Assembly: GCA_951406725.2 (NCBI GenBank)
Contig: OX597825.1
Coordinates: forward strand, 4,278,001-4,342,000
DNA from: Octopus vulgaris
Lineage: Eukaryota
Length of the DNA stretch: 64,000 nt
Direction: 5' to 3'
The translations under genes were made by a program, and so were the position numbers. Of the stretch, positions 28,192 to 43,010 are shown in pieces. A model generated the notes under the pieces. The model was given only the letters and a program-made list of their open reading frames with translations. It was not told where the DNA came from and ran no database searches. Position 1 is the stretch's first letter, and each line of letters starts with the position of its first letter.

Positions 28192-29159
28192 ATATGTGTG
28201 TATGTTTTTATTGCATGTATGACACCAGTCATCGAGTTATTTTTGTTTGTACCTATTTTCATTTGCTTCTGTTTTTACTGACTGCGGCTGAAGAAGAAGA
28301 AGGTCATGGCAGTAGCAACATAAAAGATTATAGCTTATCGCTTGCGTTCCTTTTGAATATTTGTTCGTCAACAACTGCACAAAAGATAGGCTTAAATTTT
28401 AATAGGGTCAGTGTGGAAACTCTGCTTTTAAAAACAAGGAGAGTTAAAAGTGATGACGCATTGCCCTCTGGGAATGTTTCAAATACATTCGTTCTCTGAC
28501 CGCAAATTTATTACTGAAATCAGAGATAAAGTATACACTGCATGCCTATAAAATATGTGTTGATGTGTTTGGATGATTAAACTCTCTAGCAGACATTTTT
28601 TTTTTCTTCGTTTCATACTGTTTCCTTGCACCAAATATATATTCAAAGTTCTTGGAATGCTGGGAATCATTTGCTGGAGTGTTTAGTGTGTGAAGTGAAA
28701 TATTTATGATTTCGAAACCTAGAGAACTCTGTCTTCGAATCCCGCTCATGTTGGCTATAACTGGTTTGATACCTGCTTTGGATACTGCTTTGATGCAGGA
28801 AAATACCAATATTGCATTGAGTGATGATTCATTTGGATCACTTGTCTGAATGCGCGAAAGATGATGAAGTAGTAGGTTACAAGTGAATGCCCAGTCACAA
28901 GGCAAAGTGCAAGAATAGATACACGTAAAAGAGAGTTCTGATGCATAGCCGGAACCGCCACCGTATGCAGATATCTTATTCATCGAGCGTAAAACTTGAC
29001 TACGTCGCTCCACCGGTTCTCAAATTCTACCTAAGTATGTGAAATGATATATACTTATATGTTTTTCCTCGTTCAGCACTAAGTAAGATCTCTCTCAATC
29101 TCAACCACCGTGAGTACTATCATCAATATTATCAATATCACCAGCACATTCCGTGAAAA

Positions 29160-31800
<2,641 letters not shown>

Positions 31801-32441
31801 GACATTAATCTCACCACGGCCGTCTCCTCCGCCTGTCCGTATCCTCCAATATATATTGACGTCCGCCTCATCGTCGCAATCATCGTATTCGCTTCACTCT
31901 ATCAGCGCCGTCTCCAATGGATATCCATCAAACACTGAAAGAGTGAAATGTTTATACTGAAGACTGTTTGTTAAACAGACAAGAATCTCTCCCTGAGGCC
32001 CCCAAACAAATAACTCTCATTCTTTCCTCTTTAGACTCAAGTAATCGACTAACCGACCCCGAACCCACCCCGTATTCTTCAGATTTCGTTTAGTTGCAAA
32101 ACCCACAGGATTTCCAAATATATGTCTATTATACTAAAACCCTCTAAATGTTGAATTCTATCAACACGCATCCCACAAGAGATCTACAGTTTATTAGTTA
32201 TCCGCTTTCAAACAATTCGACCACCAGCGCCGCCCTTTCCTTTCCAGTCCCTCCATCTACCTTGCTCAGGTCACACATCACACGTTATCATTACCTGTAT
32301 GCACGCGTGTGTGTGTGTGTGTGTATGTGTGTGTGTGTGCGTGCTGTTGTGTGAGTCAATATGAATACTTTTAGACACATAAATATACATATACACATAG
32401 GCGAACACATACACAAATATATATATATATGTGTAGATATG

Positions 32442-32529
<88 letters not shown>

Positions 32530-32849
32530 TATATACTTATATACAGATCTGTGCGTATATATTCTTAAATGCAAATACACACTTGCGAGCAGAGGTATGC
32601 ACACACACGTAAGTACATATACACGCGAAAACTCAGAAACACAAGCACACATTCACAAATACACACACTCACACAAACACACACATACATATATTGACAT
32701 GTTTTACTTCAACATATTTATTTTTCGCGTGAATTCTCTATGCCGTACAACTCATAGTCACACACCGTTTCTACATCTGTCTCTGGAGAAAACAGATAGG
32801 AACATATGTATGCATACATGCATACACACATATGTACACACACATATAT

Positions 32850-32916
<67 letters not shown>

Positions 32917-32918
32917 CA

Positions 32919-32970
<52 letters not shown>

Positions 32971-33142
32971 AGCACACAGATAGTTAATCTACATAGCTGC
33001 GATGCAAAATATATATTTGGCGAGAAATATTACACTCAAAGAAGACCACATAGTTGCACAGAAAAATAGACACGCGTATAGAAATATAAACACACAACAA
33101 ACATCAAAACACATATATGATATATACACGCGTACATTTATA

Positions 33143-33182
<40 letters not shown>

Positions 33183-33187
33183 CAGAT

Positions 33188-33231
<44 letters not shown>

Positions 33232-33235
33232 ACAG

Positions 33236-33272
<37 letters not shown>

Positions 33273-33364
33273 CATTCATAAATATATACATGCATACATA
33301 CATGAATAATTACATAATTATATACGAGCTGACAGAAACGCACGTAAAGCATTGTGTATGCGTG

Positions 33365-33426
<62 letters not shown>

Positions 33427-33889
33427 TATATATATATATGTCTTGCACTCGATCATTCTAGCCAAAAATAATGTTATATTTCTATCATACCAAATATGCT
33501 AGGATCTTTCTCGGCAGAATACATATAATTATTTTTGTTATTTTTTGTCTATTTTAAATTATGCACATACAATCACGTGTGTTTTGTAGAATACAAACTA
33601 TTATTCGTGCTTTGTTTTCTCTGTCGATTAGTTCAAATATATGTGAGGGTTTGGGGGGGAGAGGGAGAAAGAGAGGTACAGAGAGAGAGAGAGAGAGAGG
33701 ACGAAAGAGACAGAAAGAGATATGAAGAGTAACAGAACGCACCATGTCACGATGCCTCAGTATCTGAAAAATATGTATAAATTTAGAATTCTTAAGTATT
33801 CTTTGGTAATTGTATTTAGAAGACACAACTATACGCATAGTGAAAAAAGTACATACATACACGCATGCATATATACACACACACACATA

Positions 33890-33939
<50 letters not shown>

Positions 33940-34117
33940 GTGTGTGTGTGTGTGTGTGTTTTGTGTATGTATGAAAAATAGACGTTTTTCTAAACCCTTT
34001 TATATTGTTAGAACCTTTCTTAATTTTCATTTATTGTCCTAATTCTGTACTGCAATGCTTCAAGCAAACTACACCGTTCTTTTATATATATTTATCTACA
34101 TATATATACGTAAATAT

Positions 34118-34205
<88 letters not shown>

Positions 34206-34429
34206 ATTTATATGCGTTGTTTGTGGTTGCATGTACGTGAGTCTGTTTTCGTATGTGATATTCGAATTTCTCTTTCCAATAAGGAATCTACAACCAACGT
34301 TTAAACGCGGTATTTATAGCTCTATTTACTTCGAAATGTATTGTTCCAAACAAGAAATATTTCTCGTCCACTCGAAAGTTTACGAATTGTTAGAAAGCCC
34401 CCAAATTATAGGAATATATATATATTCCT

Positions 34430-34590
34430 TTTTTTCTTTTACTTGTTTCACTCATCTGACTGCCATCAATGCTGAAGCTCCCCCCCCATGAAAGTGTTAT
34501 AGTCGAAGAAATTCCTCTTTTCCAACCGCTAGGTTACGTGGGTGTAAACACTCTACCATCGGTTGTCAAATCAAGGCGAGTGGGACAAAC
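34430..34590 (-). mobile_element. Family-B SINE 3' fragment
   Basis: TTTCACTCATCTGACTGCC...AACCGCTAGGTTACGTGGGTGTAAACACTCTACCATCGGTTGTCAA aligns with 35810-35990 and 53270-53450. Confidence 0.7.
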
Positions 34591-34622
34591 ACACACACAT
34601 AAATATAGACATACATTTATAT

Positions 34623-34661
<39 letters not shown>

Positions 34662-34712
34662 TATATATTTATGTATATATATATATATACATATAGATAT
34701 ATATATACACAT

Positions 34713-34785
<73 letters not shown>

Positions 34786-35753
34786 TTTATTTATTCATTC
34801 ATAGATTTAGTATAGCAATAATTTTGTCAGATGTTCGATTCTTTTACGTGACATTTTGTGCCCTTTTTTACTCTGATAACCTCGTGCGGAACCAGTTCTT
34901 TTCATTGACATTTAGTAAACGGATTCCATGAGACTTGTATTTGTTGTACAAACTTCAAACATTGTCACATAATCTACCTGTATATGTATGCACCTATGTG
35001 TATATCAAATACACATACAGGCTGAATCTGCCTCTATGTGTATTTGATATACACATAGGTGTATATCAAATACAAACACATTTACTAAATAACCCTTCGA
35101 GTTGGCATTTCGTTCAACCGTTTATCTGGAATGTTCTACTTCGAAATTCACGGATCCCACTGTGGTCAAATTTGTCTTTTCTCGTTTTAATATGTTGTAC
35201 ATGTTTCATTTAACTGAGCTCTCGTGGTCCCAAATTTCAAAAGTTAAACACAATTTCCTTCTTTTGCCACAATTTTGTGTCTGACTCATACTAGTTTAAC
35301 CACCTGTATATACGAGGCAGTTAACTCCCCTGGCAGTACATTTGCTTGTATAAATACGCACAGGCTAAACATTACGAGGTTATGTAACTCAGTTAGAAGG
35401 CAATATGTTAAAACGTATTGCGCAGACATTAGGATAATAGATTGATGAAAAAAAAATGTCGCTAACTCGGAATGCTAGTGTTATAATCACAACAACGTTT
35501 GGAGTCTTTGTATGTAAATAATACTTTCTCGTGCTGTGAAAATAGCTTTCGTTTTAATCACAATTTAATGAGATAAGTCATCTGATATTCGCTACTTTGA
35601 TTCTCTTATGTAGTTGTCGTACCTACCACGCCCTCCCTGCTTTGGGTAGACGTCAATTTACTAGGTTTATATATAAATCTTGTATGTCTGTGTGCGCATA
35701 TGAGTGTGTGTGTTTGTAATTATATCTAGTCTCTTCCATACACACATAAATAC

Positions 35754-35804
<51 letters not shown>

Positions 35805-35805
<1 letters not shown>

Positions 35806-35990
35806 TTTTATTTCTTTCAGTCATTTGGCTGCGATCATGTCGGAGCCCCGCCTTTAGTCGAGCAAATCGACCCCAGAACTTATTCTTTGTAAGCCTAGTA
35901 GTTATTCTATCGGTCTCTTTTCACCGAACCACTAATATACGGGGACGTAAACATACCAGCATCGGTTGTCAAGTGATGTTAGGGGTACAA
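35805..35990 (-). mobile_element. Family-B SINE 3' half
   Basis: TTTCAGTCATTTGGCTGCGATCATGTCGGAGC...TTATTCTTTGTAAGCCTAG...CAGCATCGGTTGTCAAG, followed by a CA tract as in the full copy at 53270-53652. Confidence 0.85.
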
Positions 35991-36273
35991 CGCAAATACA
36001 CACACACACACACATACACACACACACGCACACACATCACACACACATATACACACACATGCACACACCTACACCCACACCCACACATATATATGTATAT
36101 CTGCATATATATATACATATATATATAGAGAGATTTTTTTATACAATGACCAAATGAATTACGCCTTTCACTGTAGAAACCTTGATGTAATATTATGCAT
36201 GTAAGTGTGTGTGTATATTTATACATGCATACATACATACGTACATACATACATACATACATACATACATACA

Positions 36274-36307
<34 letters not shown>

Positions 36308-37145
36308 CATACGTTTTGTTGACTGTTTACTTACCTTCTTCTGCCGTGAAAGTTGGTTTGTTTAAATCTCCAAGTTAACAGGAGCACGACATTTGGAACT
36401 AAATAGTAAATTATGTTAACAAAACCATAATAGAATGCGTGAAATTTGTTGTGTTGAAAATTGTAATTACTTCGAAAATATTGGTGAGCGCTGAATAGAT
36501 TATAAAAATAAAATATAACGTCGAATTACAGCCAAGTTATTGTGTTTGCTATAAGCAGACCTTGCTTGCTTTATCACGAAATGCATCAACGTATAATATA
36601 TAAGAATTATGTTAAAATATAGTGAGTGAAGCGAGAAAACCCAATCTTTAATTTAATTGTCACTTAGAACGCATACAAAATAATACGTCTCTATCATTAA
36701 TTCCCCTTTTATTTATAGTGGTAGATAATCGGTTCGACTATAGTTTATTTCCCATGTTGCTTAAAAATGAGACATCCCGTCTGATGTCTGGGCACACAAC
36801 GTGCGGTTTATCTAATCATTAATGTGACATTTATATATTCAAGCACGATAGCTTTGTATCTTTAATGTTTCTGTGGCATGCAACAATTTTGCTTCGAATT
36901 ACGTATGCAGTGGTTTAAAAATAAATTATTTGCTTTGTTTCACACAGCAATATTGCCGGCTCTGTTAAGAAATCGAAGCGTGACTTGGGAAATTTCGCCT
37001 CTTTATTTTATACATCAGTCTATGTTTCGTTCCACTAGCATCATAGAGTCATTTACATTTACAGTGAATTCTATGTAGGAGAGTAAGCATCAATTATAGA
37101 GCTTTGGGAATTTCCATTGTTAATTATAAGTTTTCTTCTGTTGAA

Positions 37146-37216
<71 letters not shown>

Positions 37217-37610
37217 GCATTTGCACAGTTTCTAATGCTGGAGATGTACTGCGGTGTCAGCTGTTCCCTACCAGTGAACTAAGATAACACCTCTTATTTT
37301 TCGAGCACCTTCTGGAGTATTCGAGCGGTTCCAATCAGTGCTGTTTTGCAGCAGCCCCTATTTATTCCACGAGATCTTTGCTCACTGTTCTCAGGGCTCC
37401 GACAATTATTGATAATACTGCCACTTTTTCCATCGACTACAACTGCTTAACCTCCCAAGCTATCCTGTTATATCTTTCGACTTTTCTTTTTTCCTTATCG
37501 CATACCTTGTTGTCAGCTGGGCATGCTATATCTTTGATCCAGTATAGTTTGTTTTCTTTCTCAATTAAGACTATGTCTGGCTTCCTATTCTCTATCTCAT
37601 GGTCGCACTC
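37217..37610 (-). mobile_element. 5'-truncated R4/Dong-clade retrotransposon (RLE domain plus 3' UTR) flanked on both sides by (TAA)n
   Basis: Minus translation ECDHEIENRKPDIVLIEKENKLYWIKDIACPADNKVCDKE...IIVGALRTVSKDL matches the restriction-like endonuclease motifs (K/R)PD...D...GALG. TTA tracts lie at 37148-37216 and 37611-37691. Confidence 0.88.
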
Positions 37611-37691
<81 letters not shown>

Positions 37692-37692
37692 G

Positions 37693-38475
37693 ATTATGAA
37701 CCATTGCTAAAAATATTTCTAACATCAGGCTACAAGTAAATTTTGGTGCCAAGGAAGTTCGTAAATATCCTTGCGGGTCCTAATAGTAATGTTTCCGGAC
37801 CTGCACTACACTGAGTTTTATGCCTGTTTTCTCTAATCCTCTTTTCAGATTTTAGGAATAGTCCCCATACCCCTATAACTGCAGTGTTACATTTTGGTGC
37901 CAAGGAAGTTCGTAAATATCCTTGCGGGTCCTAATAGTAATGTTTTCGGACCTGCACTACACTGAGTTTTGTGTCTGTTTTCTCTAATCCTCTTTTCAGT
38001 TCTTTAGGGATAGTCCCCAATACCCCTATAACTGCAGTGTTACATTTTACCTGCATTTTCCATATAATATGTAATTCGACGGCTAGGTCTCGGTACGCTG
38101 ATATTTTCTCTCTAACGCTCATTGATTTTCTCATCATTTGAGATTTCAAATCAATCACCTGGCACTTCCTATTCTCCTTGACTGCGACTAATAAATCAGA
38201 CCTTCTAGCTTCTCTTACTCTACCACTCTGATTATGAAAATCTCACCTTTTATATTCCTTACTTTCTAGCAATTTACTAGATTCATGTTCATACCATTTT
38301 GCAGTATGGTCAAATCCTAGCTTTCTACATAATCCCTTGTGGGTTGATCTCCCTAGGTCGTCATGTCTATTCATGTATTCGCTCTGAGATTGTATACTAA
38401 ACTCACAAACTACACAAAATATATGAGTAAAACTTTCCTACTTTCATTTGCATAATCTTCATTGGGAATCAACCT
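37693..38475 (-). mobile_element. Second R4/Dong-clade fragment (CCHC remnant, RHD motif, RLE domain)
   Basis: Minus translation gives QSEYMNRHDDLGRSTHKGLCRKLGFDHTAKWYEHE, EARRSDLLVAVKENRKCQVID and EKISAYRDLAVELHIIWKMQVKCNTAVIGVLGTIPKELK; stops and frameshifts are present. Confidence 0.88.
37741..38044. repeat. About 152-bp tandem duplication inside the retrotransposon 3' end
   Basis: TTTTGGTGCCAAGGAAGTTCG...GCAGTGTTACA occurs at 37741-37891 and 37892-38044, nearly identical, with ATTTT microhomology at the junctions. Confidence 0.95.
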
Positions 38476-38840
38476 GATTTTGGGGGAAAGATATGTTATT
38501 CTCTGGTACACTTAAGAAACAAAGAACCAAATTGCTTGCAGAAGAGTTTATTATACACTTCTGCCTTTAGGTGGCATGAAGCAATGAATTGATGACCCGT
38601 AGCTGGACACCACTTTTGTATCACAGAACGGGTGAGTGGTAAAATTAAAATTGTTGAAGAGCAACATATTGCTGAGGCAAACAAAATCGAGTTGTAATGG
38701 CCACTAAAGGCTTAAAACTTTTAAACCGATATTGATTTCAGTTAAGCGCATAACAATAAACTGCATTATGCTAATGGTAGATTATAAAGAGAAATACCAG
38801 TTGTACACCATGTCTTGATGCGAACCTGTCTTCTCAGTCT

Positions 38841-39000
38841 TTGCTCGGAGGAACTGGAATTACTATGCAAGAGAAAAAGAGAAGAAGCATTAGAAAAGAG
38901 CCGAGGCAGCCACAGCAGCAACAAGCCTTCTTTCCAGTTCATCATAAGCGCAGGGAAGTAAATCAGATTGCTCTCTCCAACAGAAAGTACTTAGAGATAT
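38841..39000 (+). mobile_element. Possible RTE-type LINE C-terminal remnant
   Basis: EKKRRSIRKEPRQPQQQQAFF...QIALSNRKYL loosely follows the RTE end pattern KRxxRK...F...RIGLxSHxR. Confidence 0.3.
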
Positions 39001-39210
39001 CCAGTCACCAAGCGGTAGCAACTGGCAGTGGTTATGTCAATGGCAGGCGAGTAGGGACGTATGATACTCTAACGAGGCCTGCAGTATTTCTTACCTTTTT
39101 CCTATCCTGTGTCAACGAAGACCGAAAACATAAAAAGGCATTTCTTTCCCACTCCGTCAACTTCTTTAAATGGTATGATATAGGAAACAATACTTGTCAA
39201 TTACTAATTA

Positions 39211-40650
39211 TCTCTTATATAAAATAGACCTCTGTTTGTCAGTGTGTGTATTTGCTTTTCATGGGAAAAGGGCTGTGCGAATTACTACCATACTTGGGTT
39301 GCATGAATAATTAGACCTCAGATACCTAATATAATCATTAGTTAGCTTTTTTAAAGAATAAATAATATTGATTTAAATATATGATTCACTTCGTTAAAAA
39401 GGCTTCTCAACCGCGAAATTTTCCGTTTTCATTTGCGAAATCTCTCACTCTCTATTTTAATGATTTTATTTGAACTTTTAATTCGGTGTTTGCAAACAAC
39501 TACGATTTATTACTGAAAGAAATATTTACTAAGTTCACAGATTTCGCTTGGAATTGCACACTTCATTAATTTCTGTATTTATCTATTTACTTTTGCGCAC
39601 CGTATTCAACTCTGTGTATTTGTAGTCAGTAAACACACGCACACGTGTGTTTTTGTATGTAAGTTTGCATACATTTATGTATGTGTGCTTGTGTGTGTGT
39701 GTGAGAGAGAGAGAAAGATACAGTGAGTGAAGGGGTTTGTTGTCATGTATACGTACATACATAAATACATATGCATACATCTTCTTTGTATATATGTCTA
39801 TGTGAGACAGCGAGAGAAAGAGAGGGTGGTGTCTAAGTGACTCTCACTCTCTCTCTCACACACACGCACAGCCAAGCACACATACATATAAAAAAGATGT
39901 ATGCATACTTATTTATATATATACGTATACGTGACAATACACCACTTCACTGTCTCTCTCTCTCTCTCTCTTTCACTCACGTCCATTTAATCTGTTTGAT
40001 ACTGTGTGTATACGTGTGCATGTGTATGCGTGTGGTGTGCGTGCGTGCGGTTTTCCACAATCACCATTTATTTCAATCACTCTTGTGAAGATATTGACAT
40101 AGATCGTTATAACATTTAATCACCATTTTAATTTTTCAAAAAAATTTCGATGATGTAGACGATCAGTGTTTTACAGTGAAGCAAAGACGAGTGCAGGCAG
40201 CCAGAGTCAATGTTGAATCCTGCAGCTCTGTTTGACTCTGTCAAGTATGTTTGCAAATATATAAACAAAGGTTTAGATCCTGCAACATACACACTTATGC
40301 AGAGTGGCTGTCAGCAGATAAATAAAAATGAGGAAGTTGCATAGCGCCAATAAGGCTGTTTGGCGCATCTTTTATTTTCCAATTGATGAGAGGCACCCAG
40401 CTAAAATTCATCTCAGTATTCGTCTAGAGAATGGCCGCAGGAATATCTTTACAAAGTAAACAGTCTTGCAACAAGCATTTTCTCCGAAAGAAACTACACT
40501 TGCAGCCTTTTTCAAATTGTGTCAAGTAGATGAATATGCAAGAATACTCGTTTACCCACAATTACCCAATTATTTCACCTGGAGAAACAATAAATGGCAC
40601 AAGTAGGTGAGTCCATGCAATATTCAGGTAAAACCGGGTAGGAAACATAA
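39211..40650 (+). mobile_element. Internally deleted Helitron
   Basis: A|TC start (TCTCTTATATAAAATAGACCTCTGTTTGTC) typical of Helitron 5' ends, an internal foldback and a RepHel coding remnant. The 3' end is uncertain. Confidence 0.6.
40203..40600 (+). pseudogene. Helitron Rep/helicase fragment
   Basis: RVNVESCSSV/DSVKYVCKYINKGLDPAT (HUH Rep motif III, KYxxKYxxKG), AVWRIFYFPIDERHPAKIHLSIRLENGRR and PKETTLAAFFKLCQVDEYARILVYPQLPNYFTW. Confidence 0.92.
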
Positions 40651-40660
40651 AATTAAAATA

Positions 40661-41923
40661 TTAGGCTGTCAAGAAAGTTCTTGCGGAATTTTTAATTTTG
40701 GATTTAAATGATATATTTTCAAATTAACTTTTGTAAAATTACTTTGAATTTATATATCATTTTAAAGTCCGTTTTTCGCTCTATCTAATCGGGCTAATCT
40801 GTTTCTTTTTGAATAATTAGGCCATTTTCTGCAGAACGTCGAATACAAAACGGACAAGAACCAAATTCGCACTATTTTCTTATTCCAGTTAAAGCTAGAC
40901 CGAAAAGCTGCTGAAACAGCTCGCGATATCAACGATGCATTTGGCCTAGCAACCACTAATGGACGTACAACACAATGGTGGGTGAAGGAATTTCGTAGCG
41001 GTGACGAGAGTCTTGAAGATCATAAGCGTAGTGGTAGTCGGCCATCGGATATTGACAACGTTCAACTAAGAGCCTTAGTCGAAGCCAATCCACGCAGAAT
41101 TGTTCTAGAGCATGCTTCTGAACTAAACGTAACGTATATGACAATTTGCAACCACTTGAAACAGATGAGAAGAACAAAAGTACTTGAGAAATGGGTGCCG
41201 CATGAATTGAACGACAAACCCCACGCCAAAAAAAAAAAAATAATATAAAAACGCCGTTTTGAAGTTTCGACTTCCCTTCTTTTAGGAAAAAAGACCCACC
41301 CGTTTCTCGACCTGATTGTGATTTGCTATGAAATGTGGGTTCTTTACGACAACCGGCGACGCTTAGCTCAGTGGTTGGACGCAGAGGAAGCTCCATGGCA
41401 CTTCTTGAAAACGAAGTTGCACAAAAAGAGGGTCATGGTGACTGTTTGGTGGTCTGCGGCCGGTCTCATCCATCACAGCTTTTTGGATACAGGCGAAAGC
41501 ATTACGGCGGAGAAGTACTCTCAGCAAATGGATGAAATGCATAAGAAACTCCGACAACAACAGCCAGCATTGGTCATAACTGACCCTACAGAAGTTGAAC
41601 AAATTGGGTTATGAAACTCTCCTTCATCCGCCATACTCACCAGACCTCTCGCCTACAGACTATCACTTCTTCAAGCACCTCGGCAACTTTCTGCGTGAGA
41701 AATGCCTAAAAAACCAAGACGATGCGAAACACGCCTTCAAAGACTTCATCACCACCAGAAAGCAGTATTTTTACGCTGCTGGCATAAATAAACATTTTTT
41801 GCGTTGGGAAAAGTGTGTTGATTCTCATAGTGTTTATTGCGATAAATAAAGTTTTGTTTGAGCCGCGATATATGCATCTGAATTGAAAGGTTAAAAACCG
41901 CAAGAACTTTCTTGACAACCTAA
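40661..41923 (+). mobile_element. Full-length (1263 bp) mariner transposon, cecropia/Hsmar1-like, inactive
   Basis: 26-bp TIRs TTAGG(C/T)TGTCAAGAAAGTTCTTGCGG with 1 mismatch, TA target duplication on both sides, and a transposase inside. Confidence 0.97.
40850..41849 (+). pseudogene. Mariner DD34D transposase pseudogene
   Basis: WVPHEL and YSPDLSPTDY motifs are present. The likely start codon is ACG, a poly-A expansion at 41227-41240 shifts the frame, the first catalytic Asp is lost (ICYEMW for TCDEKW), and the HDNARPH segment is deleted near 41577. Confidence 0.95.
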
Positions 41924-42269
41924 TAAGAAGTAAATTAAAACAGGCAACAATGATGCCGAGGTTATAAAATGCTTTCCCCGTGATATGACATTTGTGAGTC
42001 AAAATGGCGAAAATGAAATGGAAGCAGTACATCCTAGTAAAGATAAACCTTGAAGAAATAGTAAATGAATAATAAGAATAACACGAAAAGATCTTGAGTT
42101 TACAAGTAGCGGTAACAAAAAACAGGTAGCTGAAGCAAAAACTAACTTAATATAACTAATTTGAAGAAAAATGTTATTGAATTAGGTGAACAGCGGAGAG
42201 AGACTAGAGTGATGTCAAGTATTCAACTTACACTGCTAGATAACCCCTAACGTACAGTAAAAGAAAAAC

Positions 42270-42496
42270 AGAGAATTATTGCTGCCGCTGATAATGAAGG
42301 CTAAAAGGGAGATTATTGAAGGAAACAAGTATATAATTAAGTTGAAGAACAGATAAGTGTCAAGGGAAAATAAGAGAGGAAAATAATTTTCTATTTTATA
42401 AGCTAAGAGAGAAAAATATACGGTAAAAAGATATCCATTAAGTATAAGTACATTGAACATAAAGTGGAAATTCGTATGATATACATATATACATAC

Positions 42497-42554
<58 letters not shown>

Positions 42555-43010
42555 CTATAGTCTACCGTTTACCGTTCAGGAAAGAATGCTCCTTACATCT
42601 CTATGTAAAATAAGACTATGGTTGACCTACTCAATAGGATATACACAAACGAAAAGGTATAAAGACATATCAAGGAATTATTGTAGGCGCAGATAATGAA
42701 GACTAAAAGGTAGATTATTATACGAATCGAGTATCTAATTAGGTTGAAGAAAATTTCAGTGGAAAGGGATAATGAAGAAATGAAAATAATTTTCTACATT
42801 ACAAGCTAAGAGAGAACTATAGAAGTGAAAGCATATCCATGTGTTAAGTATAGCTACATCTACTATAAAGTGACGGTGTGTATGCTATCCATAGATCTGA
42901 TCAACCTTTCATGGAAGCACGCTCTTTCTAAACCAGTGTAAAAGAAACGACTAACATTGATTCATTCAATAGGATACGAAAAATTACAGAAATAGAAATA
43001 TACAAAGAGC
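42270..43010 (+). repeat. Ancient diverged tandem repeat, unit about 340 bp, about 2.2 copies
   Basis: 42273-42480 aligns with 42675-42887 (GAATTATTG...GATAATGAAG.CTAAAAGG.AGATTATT...GAAAATAATTTTCTA...AAGCTAAGAGAGAA). 42580-42642 aligns with 42920-42975 (TGTAAAA...GACTA...TCAATAGGATA). Confidence 0.75.
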
